Shown one piece after another: positions 13,037 to 26,200 of a stretch of DNA of 64,000 nucleotides (position 1 is the first letter of the stretch; each line of letters begins with the position of its first letter). The notes below the pieces were generated by a model that had not been told where the DNA came from, searched no databases, and saw only the letters and a program-made list of their open reading frames with translations. This stretch comes from Octopus vulgaris. Lineage: Eukaryota. The DNA lies in NCBI GenBank assembly GCA_951406725.2, contig OX597821.1:29140001-29204000 (forward strand), read 5' to 3'. A program made the translations under genes and the position numbers.

Positions 13037-13620
13037 CAGAGAGAGTATAGATGTATATGATATATATGTAATACATTATTAAAATTACGATCATGTTACT
13101 ACAGTTTGTCATTGCTAGAGGCACTTATCTTGAGCTATGTGGTTTTGTATATTTACAAATAGTTGTCTGAACAGATATTGTTAGGACTAAAGCAACAAAA
13201 AGAATATCAAATTCAGCTTGAATAAGCTGACATTGATTAGAAGCAGCAAAGATAAACGAAATAGCAGACGCTAAATTTATATCAGGGTTCTTGAATGATT
13301 AGCTCGGAGCTTTGTTAAACAATCAAGAATGGATTTTCTCTTTTCTCTCACTGAGTCCACATGGCAATGACGAAAGAAAGGAGCTGCCATTCATTTGAAT
13401 GCTCCTTTCTTCATCTCTTCAGTGAGAAAGAAAGAAAGAAAGAGTGAGAGAGAAGGGGGAGGAGTGGGGAAGGGAGCAGAGATGACCTCAGTTCTTAAGC
13501 GGTTTTACTGATCTCAAATGAATAAAAGTTGAAGTCAGCCTTGGTGGGATCTGAACTCAGAACACAGAGTACTGGAAGAAAAAAAAACGATGCTGTAATT
13601 TACTCAGCCAGTTCGCTATT

Positions 13621-13835
13621 TTAACCTTTTAGCATTCAAACCAGCCATATCTAGCCTATTTAAGTGTTTTAATATCAAACAAACTAACCAGATCTGACCT
13701 TTCACATCAACCTACAATGTTATTCTAAAAATTATATCATTATCTTGAAGCTACAAGATATTGCATGTTTAATTTAAGATAATGTTAATAAACAAGCATT
13801 ACGTTTCACGGAGTAATCTGAATGCATAAAAGTTA
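13621..13835 (+). mobile_element. TTAA piggyBac-type MITE
   Basis: ttaaccttttagcattcaaacc...tctgaatgcataaaagtta; reverse-orientation relative at 28871-29075. Confidence 0.65.
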
Positions 13836-14454
13836 CAGAAAGGATGCAAGAGATTGAGGGATACTGTCAGAACCCCTAATGCTAGGGTTTCACCTCCAAG
13901 GATCATACTTAATTATATCAGCCAAGGTACTTATAGATTGGATAATGTGCTTTACATGCATATTAACTGCAAATACGGAATGTGGTGGTCAAGGCTGGAT
14001 ACTGTTTGACCAAAGGTGTCTGCCCAATAATGGTTGACAAGGGGCCAAACAACCATAAATATTCTAGTGCTAATAATGTAGAAGAAACACTAGAATAGGC
14101 AACAGAATGGCAAAAATCACACACAAAGGCACTCACATACACACGTGGTATTTGTAGTTTTTGTGCACAAAATCACAGTTGTGTGTGTGTATACACAATA
14201 ATGTAATTGCTCTTAAATTTGATGAAAGAATCTGACCAAAATTCCATCTGAAAAGTCTCTAAATGTACCTTACTGAATTATTTTTTAGTGTTTTCAAGTG
14301 ATCCCTCTCCATCAAGTAGCCTCTATATATCTTAAAAGAGAAGCGGGTATACAGAATGATATAGTCCTTGAAATTTAGAAGAGTTAATGTGAAATGCATT
14401 TGATAATATATCTAAATGATTTGGGCAGCCACACGGCCAAAGGACAATAACAAC

Positions 14455-14872
14455 GGATCTTTTCAGTTTGAACGGCAATTTTTTCTAGCAGTGTCATATG
14501 AAATTGTCACCCATAATTATGACCCTAGTATCGATCTATTGCATTTCAATCTATTTTAGGGTTAGGGTTAGGGGTGGGGGAAGAGTATCTTTTTTTCTTC
14601 ACAAATGTAAATAAACCCAATCTGTTTCTTAAACGAGGGACATATTCATACAGCACAGAATGTTTTTTTTACCTCAATAGACGTCACTAATAGGTTGAAA
14701 TTGCAGAAATTGAAGAAAATATAGAACAAATATCTTACAAACTATAGGATTTTCTCAATAAAACCAAGAGAAAAAGATGTTTTATAAACACATTCTACCA
14801 GTGTACGAAGTTTAAAATTTTTCAGTTACCTAGAAATTATGTTAAAAACTGCCGTTCAAACCGAAAAGATCC
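14455..14872 (+). mobile_element. 418-bp MITE with GG...CC TIRs and 8-bp TSD (Merlin-like)
   Basis: TIR ggatcttttc(a/g)gtttgaacggca / tgccgttcaaaccgaaaagatcc; TSD ataacaac on both sides; internal TTAGGG repeats. Confidence 0.85.
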
Positions 14873-15714
14873 ATAACAACATCCCTGAGCTCTGGATTAA
14901 ATGTGTGCAAAGAATTCTTTAACCAAGATAGAGCAGCCTCCATCCACCAAACCTACTTGATCCTGCAGCATCACTTGATCTAACTTGATCAGCACACATC
15001 ATTATACAGTATAGATGAGACTAATGATGAAGAAGACACACTAAAATAGCCAAGAAAATGGCATAAATCATACACACACGGAAGCACTCACATAAACACA
15101 CGTGTGTGATATTTGTAGCCTTTGTGTACAAAATCACAGTTGTGTATGTGTGTGTGTGTACACATACTGATGTATTTATAATGTAATTCAGACGTTAAAA
15201 TTTAAACAAACTGTCCTAATGATCAAATGAATGACCAGACAGAAACTTGTAAAATTTTAATTTCCATCATGAATAAACAATTTCTTTTGACTAGACACAA
15301 AGCCAATTTATTTTGCATTTGTTCCCAGACAATTGAATTGACTCCCCGCATATAATTGATGCTTATTTTTATCAGCTCAGTAGAGTATTGTACTCAAAAT
15401 GTAGAGGGTCAAACCTAAAACACTGTGAGTATGACAGAGACGTTTAGTCTAAGATTTTAATTCGTCAAACTTGCTTTTTATTTCTTTTATCATTCAATCT
15501 TTCACTTGCGTCAGTCGTTGGACTGCTGCCATCCTGTGGCACTGCCTTGAAGAATTTCAGTCAAACAAATCAATAATCCCAGTACTTATATTTTTAAGCC
15601 TGGTACTTATTTCATTGGTCTGTTATTCTGGACTATGGGGATGTAAACACACCAGCACCAGTTGGCAAGTGGTAATAGAGGGGTGTTTGGAGTAAGACAG
15701 ACACAGTTACAAAG

Positions 15715-15754
<40 letters not shown>

Positions 15755-15798
15755 TCTATTCGTTCAACTATTCTAGTACCTTCGAATTATCGTGGAAA

Positions 15799-15884
15799 AC
15801 CATGCTGATGAAGAATATGGTTAGTAAAGTATATTTTTTTATATTCATTATGAGAAACCTAATTCAGAAACGCGCATCCATGGA
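15799..15884 (+). ncRNA. Minimal type-I hammerhead-like ribozyme (Penelope-type), one CpG decay
   Basis: Stem I ccatg/catgg; CTGATGA 15805-15811; stem II gaat...attc; GAAAC 15867-15871; palindromic GCGC loop; aTC (from GTC) cleavage triplet. Confidence 0.6.
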
Positions 15885-16839
15885 CGACCAGATATTGATT
15901 GATTTTCGTTGTTTTATTCTCTGCCAGTGTGAATAACCTTCAAGTATTTTGGTTTCTCTGGAAGACCCTTTTTAAAGTAGAAGAAATAGCTAAGATTTTT
16001 GGCTGCTATTTCTTAACTTCGGTGTGTGGTGAAGCAAATCTTTGCTGAACCCTTTTATTAGTATATATATATATAAATATCCATGATGGATTTCTCTCAG
16101 TTTCCATCTACCACATTCACTCACCAGGCTTTGGTTGGTCCAAGGTGATAGCAAAAGACACTTGCCCAAGGTGCCACACAGTGGGACTGAACTGAGAGCT
16201 ATGTGGTTTGGAAGCAAACTTCTTACCACATAGCCACACTTGTTTTTCCCTTTGCTTGGTCTGTAATAAGGGACAACAGCCAAAATAATTTAGATCAGTG
16301 AATTCAATTATTTAGAATTGCATTTTGGTTTATATTTATTTAATTTTCTACTTGCTGGGTTTAGAAGAAGGCGCAGTACCAAAGATTGTTGGCAAGCCCT
16401 TTCAAGTCAGTGAATTTCATGCCGTTAATGTTCTTAGGGAATCAGCTTTGTAACTCAACACTAGCAGAGAGAGAATTACAGAGGTCTAACATTCTAGGAA
16501 GGAAAATACTGGGATAAAATTATTAGTGCAGGATCTGGGATGGAAATGGATGTGACAAGCATGATGAGAAGTGAGGTGTGGGCTAAAGTTGCTTGAGTGG
16601 AGATCACATGAGTGCAGCTTGCTCCAAAGAACAGAAGAAAAGAGAGAACATACATGTGGTCCAGATGCTTGACTGTGTCTGTGAGTGACTTTATGCCAAT
16701 TAGGTAATTAATCAAATGTTTGGAAAAGAAATTTTGATTTTAATATTTTCAACTAGAGTGAATGTAAATATTTTAAAAAGCAATTTCATTTCCAAAGTTG
16801 AGGTTAATAGTGGGGAAAATTTATCTTCTTAACCATACA

Positions 16840-17946
16840 TAGCACTAGATTAACCGTTAAGCAAGCTAAACATGTGCTTAGGGCGTCAAGGGAAGTGAGA
16901 CACCACAGAAATGGTAAAAGGTTTACAGCACAAAAGAAATCACTTTAAACTTACTGAAATAATATTTAAACTGGTTTATATGATTGGAAATATAATGCAG
17001 AAATGTCCATGGTGTCACAGCGAGGATCTGATCAAAGACTTTGCAATTAAAAAAAGTAAGAGAAAACTTTTCAAATATAAATAAAGAGGAAGTATAGAAA
17101 AATAAACATTATTTTTCATCTTACTGCTAGTTTAGTTTTATTTTGAGAACAAAAATATATTTTTATCGTTTAATGCTGTTTATTATTTTAAACTACATAT
17201 CTGTGTGCATGTGTGTATATATATATATACATTTACGTGTACACATACAGGAAGGTCCATATTCGACAGCAGAAGTGTTAAGACTGGTCCCTCTAGTTGG
17301 TGCAATGCAGACATGGTAGTGCCATATCAAAATGCTAGTGAGGTGTCATGTAAAAGTGCCTGTGCAGTGCCACATAATGGTGCTTGTAAGATGTCACATA
17401 AAAGTGCCCGTGAAGTGCCATGTAAAAGCACCCAGTTCACTCTGTAAAGTGGCAGGCATTAGGAAGGGCATCCAACTGTAGAAACCAGGCCAAATCAGAC
17501 TGGTGTAGCTCTCCAGCTCTGGTCAAAGCCGTCCAACCCATGCCAGCATAGACAACAGATGTTAACTGATGAGGCTGATGATGATTTATATATATATATA
17601 TATATATATATAATTTACAAGATAAGGGCAAAAGAATAATTCTATTGCCAAATATGCCGAAAAAAAGACAAAAATTGTCAATAACCATTATAATTTATAA
17701 TTATAATGGTTATTGACAATTTTTGTCTTTTTTTCGGCATATTTGGTGTTAGAATTTTTCTTTTGCCCTTATCTTGTAAATTATTAATAAATTTAACCTT
17801 TAAAGGTATTTTTTGATATGCTGGCCATTGATAAGATTTTTTTCCTGAAAAAAATTTTATCCTACATTAGTTATATATGCATATACATAGGAGCACCAAA
17901 AACCTTTAAGTGCATTAGGGCCTCTATGAGTCTTAATCTGGCACTG
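16840..17946. mobile_element. hAT-like non-autonomous DNA element hosting a SINE tail and a fold-back insertion
   Basis: Ends agcactagattaac ... cttaatctggcactg resemble CAGTGCCGGATTAA-type TIRs (degenerate). Confidence 0.4.
17611..17866 (-). mobile_element. Fold-back element (near-perfect ~174-bp palindrome + unique terminal segment)
   Basis: Arms 17611-~17695 / ~17699-17784; terminal segment ends ttttatcctaca. Confidence 0.75.
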
Positions 17947-18414
17947 GCCACACATAACACAGATTTAGACTTTTACCAGCTGGTCCACTGTGTACCTCTA
18001 TTTGCCAACTCATGAGACAACTGTAAATTAATACAAAGTCTAATAGCTGCATTGAGAACTCTGAACATTGAAAATTCTACAGCCTACAACCTAAGGATCA
18101 TGATTACTCATCTCTTTTCCTATTCTCAGACCAAGAACCTAAAACCTAAGGTTTTACTCTTCACCCAGTAACAGCACTTATCAAATTCCATGGATTCCCA
18201 AATTAGCAAATTACTGCAGACAGAGGCCAATGCCTATTTGCTTAGTTGACAGATTATATTCTTCTAAATATGGTGGTTGTCCATTAACAAAGACTTTTAC
18301 TGATATCGTCATTTCTAGGTCAGCGAATGACTTTCACATCCATTTTGAAACAAAGTGTTTTTAAGATGCCTCTTTAGGCACACATACATGTAAGCACATG
18401 AATGCAAACAGATA

Positions 18415-18780
18415 TCTTTTACTTGTTTCAGTCGTTTGACTGCAGCCATGCTAAAGCACTGTCTTTAGTCGAGCAAATCGACCCCGGTACTTATTCTTTG
18501 TAAGCCCAGTACTTATTCTATTGGGGACGTAAACACACCAGCATCGGTTGTCAAGCAATGCTAGGGGGACAAACACAGACACACATGCATACATATATAT
18601 ATATATATATATATATGACAGGCTTCTTTCAGTTTCCGTCTACCAAATCCACTCACAAGGCTTTGGTTGGCCCAGGGCTTTAGTTGAAGACACTTGCCCA
18701 AGGTGCCACGCGGTGGGACTGAACCTGGAACCATGTGGTTCGTAAGCAAGCTACTTACCACACAGCCACTCCTACGCCTA
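18415..18780 (-). mobile_element. tRNA-derived SINE family A
   Basis: Reverse complement of 4505-4930 with a small internal deletion. Confidence 0.9.
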
Positions 18781-19173
18781 TATGATAAATTCTACATAAG
18801 TTGCAAATAATTCTTGTTCTATATTTCTTAGATTTCTCACTTATAATTCTGTATGGTGAATTGGCAGAATCATTAAACCCATCCAGTAAAATGCCATGTC
18901 GGATTCATTCTGGTTCTTTACTTCTAAGTTCAAATCTTACTGGAACCAACTTTTCAATTTTTTTTTTTTTTTTTTTGCCACATAAACACATGCACTAAAC
19001 TTTGAAAGAAGTATCTATAAAATTAGTTTTTATACATTGAATGGTTACGGGGGTCCAACAGAATAAAATAGTAATCAAATAGGTAAAAAATGGTCGAAAA
19101 CCACTGATCTATGAAATTGAAGCATACATTAAATTAAATTAAAACAGGCAACTATATGTAATTCATGTATATA

Positions 19174-19507
19174 TATTAGAGGGAAACCACCATGTGGACA
19201 CACATATGCTAGAAATAGATCCGCTACGGTCTCACCACCAAGAAATGCTCTCAAGAAAAATTTAGCAAAATTTCTTGATTATGTTTCGGTTGTTTCACTA
19301 AATTTTTCTGGAGAACATTTCTTGGTGGTGAGACCGTAGCGGATCTATTTCTAGTATATGGGTGTCCACATGGTGGCTTCCCTCTAATATATATATATAT
19401 AATACAGTTTTACTGAACTTTCAGTTTTTTTTTATGCTAGACCACTGGTGTGAAATCGATGTTAATTAAATTAATATCTAATTTCTCACCCTTATTTTAA
19501 ATTTAGA
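19174..19507 (-). mobile_element. Fold-back retro-insertion with 17-bp target-site duplication
   Basis: Palindrome 19174-19392 plus terminal segment ...aatttctcacccttatt; flanked by atgtaattcatgtatat at 19157-19173 and 19508-19524. Confidence 0.8.
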
Positions 19508-19759
19508 ATGTAATTCATGTATATGTACACTGGTAAGTTCCTTCAATATATACAGTTTTTAATGACTTATGAAAACGTTTAATATACTTTGTAGCATATT
19601 ACGGTTGCATAATGAAATACTGTGTGCCTACAAGTCCTTGATATTTACATACCAGCTTCCAGGAATGTGTTTAATATGTAAATTAGTAAATCCAATAATG
19701 CTGCATGGCTATATGTAGTGGCTATTTAATCAATCAGTTCATGCATGATTAATGGACTA

Positions 19760-19810
19760 GATGGATGCTGATGAAGGAGGAAAAATTCTCGAAATATGGC
19801 GTATATGCCC
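19760..19810 (+). ncRNA. Decayed hammerhead-like motif
   Basis: CTGATGA(19768)-aggag...ttctc-GAAA-tatggcgta-TA. Confidence 0.4.
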
Positions 19811-19994
19811 CTCACCCATTTCTTCATCTTCAGTCTCATTGTTTGTTTGTTTACATCGGACATTTGGATATGAAACATCGCAACAAAATCAGTGCTGGTT
19901 ATAATTTCTTATAGAAAATCTGTAGAGATGACTTTAACACTTAATAGTGTTTTTAATACAGCTCACCCCAAAAGATTTTATCTAAAATGAAAAT

Positions 19995-20412
19995 GGATCT
20001 TTTCGGTTTGAACGGCAGTTTTTAACATAATTTCTAGGTAACTAAAAAATTTTAAACTTCGTATACTGGTAGAATGTGTTTATAAAACATCTTTTTCTCT
20101 TGGCTTTATTGAGAATATTCTATAGTTTGTAAGATATTTGTTGTTTTTTTTTTTTCAATTTCTGCAATTTCAACCAATCAGTGACGTCTATTGAGGTAAA
20201 AAAAATTCTGTGCCGTATGAATATGTCCCTCGTCTAAGAAACAGATTGGGCTTATTTACATTTGTGAAGAAAAAAAGATACTCTTCCCCCACCCCCAAAC
20301 CCTAACCCTAAAATAGATTGAAATGCAATAGATCGATACTAGGGTCATAATTATGGGTGACAATTTCATATGACACTGCTAGAAAAGACTGCCATTCAAA
20401 CCGAAAAGATCC
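19995..20412 (-). mobile_element. Second Merlin-like MITE copy, inverted relative to 14455-14872
   Basis: Same TIRs, reverse-complement body; degenerate TSD atgaaaat/atggaaac. Confidence 0.85.
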
Positions 20413-21699
20413 ATGGAAACTGCAATAACTTGCCTGCCAATAATAGTGTATATACAGAACTATGATACATAGTTTCTTATGTGTTTTAGTATTGGTTATT
20501 TATAAGATTACCAGTGAAAAGGAGTGTGTTTTCCAAGTCCAGGATGTTATGTTTTACTAGTGACTTAATTGATATTTTGTAATGTTTTGCTGTAAACTGC
20601 TTCAAATTGGGAGCTATTTTGAGTTTTGCATTTTCTATTCCACTTGCAATAGAACAGTTTGTTTCTTTTCTTCTTTTTTTCTCTTTAATTTCAGCTTCTT
20701 TGAATCTCTGTTTGGACTATAATATTGTTTTTTGATTTCTGAATATTGCAGCCTTGTGTATATGACAGGTTATACAAAATAAATAAATAAATAAAAGGGA
20801 TTATAACAATAAATTAAATTTTTCTTTCTTTTTAAATTCAAAAAAATTTCAAGAAACACCAAAGATGCTTTCCTCTTACATATATGTAAGTTTATCATCA
20901 TATCAATAAACAGATAAATAAACTAAAATATAGTTTGAAAAGAAAAAAAATAAGGATTTGGGAAAGATGAAGTGTGAGTCGATGACAGAAGTAGTAATAC
21001 TGTAGGCAATATTAATGATATTGCTGATGTTGGCAAAACTATTGACAACAACAATAACAATGGCAGTGATGGACACATGCTGAAAGCAACAGCAATAACA
21101 TGATTCACCAGACAAGTAAGGGAGTGGGAGGAATTCTATTTCACAGTGACCCCAGGAAAGAGAAAACAATGGATGAAGAGGTGCACTATGGGAGACTAAG
21201 ACATTTTGTCTGCAGAATCTGTCATGCAGAGGAAAAAAGACAAAAGTGATGCATGTTTGCTTTCCTTGAAAAGCAGTCATGGTTACAACATGTCCCTTCA
21301 AGCATAATTAAAAAAAAGAAGCCTGTCTGTTATGCAATAAAGGTCTGTTTGTTATGTCAGACAAAAGCTAGGGCTTTGGCTCAATGCTCGACGTGAGATG
21401 TCGTTAAATAAATTATAATTTTGCTCACAATTAAAGTCTTATTTTGAGAGCTTATTTACGATAGTTATATCTACAACAGCAAAAATAATGGCTCTTAGTT
21501 TTCCTGCCAATGTTGATGATATATCTTCCATAATTTTTAGCAATAAGTATTCTCTTGTTGAATCGAGTGTCATTATCAATTGTCTGTTCTAAGTTCACAT
21601 TGACCGTTCTGTTAAAGAAATACATAGGAAATACTGAGAGCATTTGTTTGTATGTAGAGCTCTTGCCAATAGCTCCCAGTGCTGCTGCTGTCACATTCA

Positions 21700-22060
21700 T
21701 TCTATCACCACAGGGCTCCCCACTTCTTTGAACAAAATACTTTTGGATAGTGAGTAAGGCAGTTGGTGTCGCTCCCCTCCCTCATCAGACTGCCTCTCTG
21801 GACCTCCACACCAAGTACCAAGTGATGTGCAAGCAAGCATGGTCAATGATGAGACTGCTCCACAGTAGCAGCTCACTTGATAGTTGATGCCCAACCATTG
21901 TGTGATGGTACAGATCTTTCACTTGACCACAATAACCGTCAAACTGTTACTCTAGGACTCCTCCACTTTGTTGGTTATCCAGCGTCCAGCAAATGATGTC
22001 TTCACTGTATACCTGGCACAGGAGGCCAAGGTGCCATCCCAGTCTACAGATAGAAGGGGT
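21700..22060 (+). mobile_element. Possible decayed Gypsy integrase C-terminal (GPY/F) remnant
   Basis: Frameshifted pieces LDLHT..PSDVQAS.MV.DE and LLVIQRPANDVFTVYL...STDR resemble the LLGLRT..KEDL..S..EMVYGE and FLV.R..K.FT....VSIDR motifs; recognition by eye only. Confidence 0.3.
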
Positions 22061-23040
22061 GACTTACTCTCTCTTTTATGGCCTGTCACTTGATGTTAAA
22101 TCAACATGAAAATGGTTGAGTATTCCACAGACGTTTGTACCGAAGTAATTCTGAGGGTGGTCCATCGTGGCTATACATAAGGCTGAACCTTTGAATTACA
22201 TGTACAACTCTTCATCTGACGGACTTCTGTACAATTTCCAGTCACCCAATTTAGTCACATGATTTGGGTTGATCTGATGAAATTTGCCAAACATGCTACA
22301 ATTTACTGAATATTTGTTTTAGTTGCCAAGAGTTTGCTTGCTTCACAACCATGAGGTTCTGGGATCAAACTCAGACATTATAATTGCAAAGCAAACTATT
22401 TAACCATTCAAACTGCTACTATAAACTACTGCTGTTATGTAGATGATATGAAGGGAGGCTGTCAGAGTTGTTAAAACTACTAAAACTTCGATGTGTGTCA
22501 CTACAATATTTATCACCACCTCCACCACTATTAGAACTTAGTTACCCAGAACCCAGGTAGCAATGCTACCCATTCATTTTACTATGTATTGCTAATGCAG
22601 TTACATGGCGTGGGAATCTGTTACAATTGCTGTTTCCTACTGCAACTGTTTGTACAATTCATCTGTCATTATTATTATTGTTTATCCCCTACACCAACCT
22701 CAATCAAGCAGAGCAGCAATAAACTGAAACATTGCAACTATGTCTGTCCCCTCTTTTGCTTCATAAATGTTTTATGAACAACTAAAAAATATGATGCTTT
22801 CTGTTCAAATAGGGTATTAGGCGTAACGTTGGAGAAAAATTCAGCTGCTATTTCTAGCAGACCAAGTGACCACACATTGGTTTGGGTGGATGTGGGTAAA
22901 GGTTATCAACCAATCATTACAGCACATTTCATTGTTATTTCTCAGTATTATACACACATCAACTGATTAACTCCTTCTCTCATTTACATATTCTTTTATT
23001 TGTTTTAGTCAAGGGACTGCAGCCATGCTGAAGCACAATC

Positions 23041-23214
23041 TTAACCCTTTCATTACCAACCTGGCCGAAACCGGTGCTGTCTCTGAGTACAAATGTCTTG
23101 TTTTCATAACTTTTGAATTAAAATCTTCCACCAAACTTTAGTCACAATTTATATTTAAAGTAATTCAAAGAAACACAGAGCATCTCAAAATAAATATAGT
23201 AATGAAAGGGTTAA
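23041..23214. mobile_element. piggyBac-type MITE with TTAA ends, inserted in a SINE family A copy
   Basis: Perfect 16-nt inverted ends ttaaccctttcattac / gtaatgaaagggttaa; relative at ~38016-38250. Confidence 0.85.
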
Positions 23215-26200
23215 ATAGCTTAATTGTTCAAATTAATCCTGATACTCATTTTCAGTCTAGTACATATTTCTATTAGTTTTTTGTTTTTTTAATTGCTCCC
23301 TTACAGGGATATAAACAAACCTACACCAGTCACAAAGCATTAAGACACACAAACATATAAATTTCTATAAAACAAGTTCCCATACAGTTTCTGTCTACTA
23401 AATTCACTCATAATGCATTGGCTTGTCCTGGGCTATATTAGAAGCCACTTGAAAAGATTCCACAGTGGGACTGAAACATCTGGTTGCAAAACAAACTTCT
23501 CGACCACATAGCTAAACCCTATACATGGTGACTGCTTCATCTTCACAGATGATTCCCATCTCTCAGAGCTTCTTTATTGTCAATGGGATTTCTGCCCATG
23601 GCCTCTCAAATGACTATTCAGTCCTACTGAAGATCTACATGGTTTGAAGCACAGATGAGAGGAAAGTTGTAACTTTCACTGGACTGAATGGATCATTTTG
23701 TGAGATATAATCTCTGTCAACTGCCTTATGTGTCTCTTGAAACCTGAAATTAACTTGCAAGTCCTTTCACACACTACACACACCGAATCACCCAGACTAG
23801 GAGGAAGGACATTGCATATAGTTTATCTTTCATGGGACATTAGTTGGTTGATGTATCCAGCCTTCAAAAGGAGTACATGGTGCAGATGGTGACTATCTCA
23901 GGAAAAAAAAATATAGAGTATTTATTTTTTGAGATGTATTTGTCAAATTTGGATCAGTTTATCTTCATGACATGTTCTATCAATCTCACATGATGAACCT
24001 GCTTTTAGCCTCAATGACAGGCTCCAGGCAACCTTGGAACAGGTCACAGGCCTTCATCACTATTTCCTATTTTAGGCCTCTGAAAGCCCTGGTAATTCTA
24101 GCCCCCAGCTCATTCTTCTTGTCGCAGCTGGATTTGTTAGTCACTCATTCCACCGTGCCTCACACAAATGTCGAGGGGGTTGCAGTCAGGTGAGCTGGAA
24201 GACCAAATGTCAAGTGCTGTTGTGACATGGCCACACATTTCAACCTCCAACAATTTACTGATGACAGCTCTCCTAAAGTCAACACTTTAGACTTTCATGC
24301 TTAAGGTGACCCTCTTCAAACATTTTGCAGCCTTCCTTCATACGCTTTCTCAACTCAGCTCTTTCCAAAGTTCTTCCCAGTTCTTTATATTGATCTGGAG
24401 TTCCTTCAGGTTGCCTTTTATTATGCTTTTGTATGTACATTCATACGTACATATATTTTATATTTTTACTTTTTCCAGGCTGTCAGTCATGATGGCTATG
24501 CCAGGGCACTACCATTAATGTTGCTTCCATTAAATTTCCACAACATCTCTCCCTTGTTGGTTCTTGATGAATGAGAGGCTTGGATATTGTCACCCTTAGT
24601 TCTGTTTCATGCCTTGTTAGGGATCTTGGAGAGAAAGAAGTTTAAGTTTTCATTTGAAAACACCGGCATTCACATCTAGTAGATCTTTTGAGTTTTCCGG
24701 CAAAGTACTAACAAGTCATGGGCCTTGAAACTGAAACTTGAAGCTGTCACAGTATAACGCTCTGACTCTAGATAAGGATAGTGGTGCCTTAGGTAGTATG
24801 CAGTGGCATGCAGTTCAGGGACTGATACTGCTTTTTTAGACCCAAAGTTTGATATTAGACCTTCCAGGAACTTCCATATACGTTTGAGTAAATATATAAA
24901 TGTGTGTGTGTATGTGTGCAGACGTGATTGTGTGGTTAAGAAGTTCTTCCAAAGTATATGGTATCAGGTTCAGTCCCATTGTATGGCACTGAGGGCAAGT
25001 GTCTTCTACTGTGGCCTTGGCTGACCAAAGCCTTATGAGTGAATTTGATAGACAGGAACTAAAAGAAACCTGTCTTATATATACGTGTGTGTGTGTGTGT
25101 GTGCATGCATGGGTATTTTATTTCTCTTTATCTTGTTATCACATAACAGTTGTAAACAAGAGTCACCATTATACAAGTGGTGTTGTTTTCAATTTTCAGT
25201 GGATACATGCCCAGCTGTAGACATATATTACATTACTTAGAAACAGGTGGGTGTTGTCTATAGAAAGGGCATTATTCAATAGAGAAAATCTGCTTTGGCT
25301 AAAAATACGCGCCTTCACTAGCAGTTAAGGTGAGATGGTGTCACGTGACAACTTGCTGGGGCTGCCTGCTGCAGCCTAGCGGCAGGTATTTAAAGGGAAA
25401 TATTTGACAAGCAGTCAGTCACCGGCTGACACTTACTGATGATACATCGAAGAGGCCAGGGAACAGAAGAAAGAAGACATGCATCCAACACCAGAGCTGA
25501 AGACACCTCCGAAAGGGAGGGCCCTGCCACGCCAAAACGGTAGGGGAGTAGGGGCCGAAACCAGATGTGGTTCCTCCTGATGATGTCTTGAGCTAACTGG
25601 ATCCTATAAAAGGAGCTGTTGTGGTAGCAGACGATGAAACACGGTTGTAATTCCTGTGTGACTTATGAAGACACAGAAAAATGAACATTAAAATGATGAC
25701 AATGATATACATATAGATATAAGATTTTTATAAAAGGATGACTTTTAAGAAACTGAACTCAATTCTCTACAAAATTTGTCAAATATAGCAGAGAGGTTAT
25801 GAGGTTGTTGTTTTTTTTTTCTCCTAATAATATATACAACCACTCTGCTTCTATGCACTCAGTTTTCTGTTTTAAATTATTGATCTTTCCTCATTTATTT
25901 TTCGTAATGGAAACAGCCAACATTAACAACAACACACACAGAGGCACCATCCTTATATACGAACATAATTAATTCATATGTTCCATGATGTGTAACATAA
26001 TTATTGTCATATACCCATTACTAAATTGGCACTAGTAGCAGATACATTTCAGGATTGTTTTGTTTCAGATATCGGAAATAAATAAACAAATAATTAACCA
26101 TATAAAAAAAAAATAAAGATTCTGACTGAGTGAGCAAGTCTATATTGGACAGCAATGAAAGAGAGGGAGAGAGGTGAGTGCTTCTCTGAGACAAAGCAAT

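Noticed and set aside
14556-14580. Interstitial telomere
   Set aside because: Only ~3 TTAGGG units and they are internal to a MITE present twice.
23500-24780. Possible LINE remnant or coding exons
   Set aside because: Composition looks like decayed coding sequence, but I could not identify any diagnostic motif or consistent splice/frame pattern.
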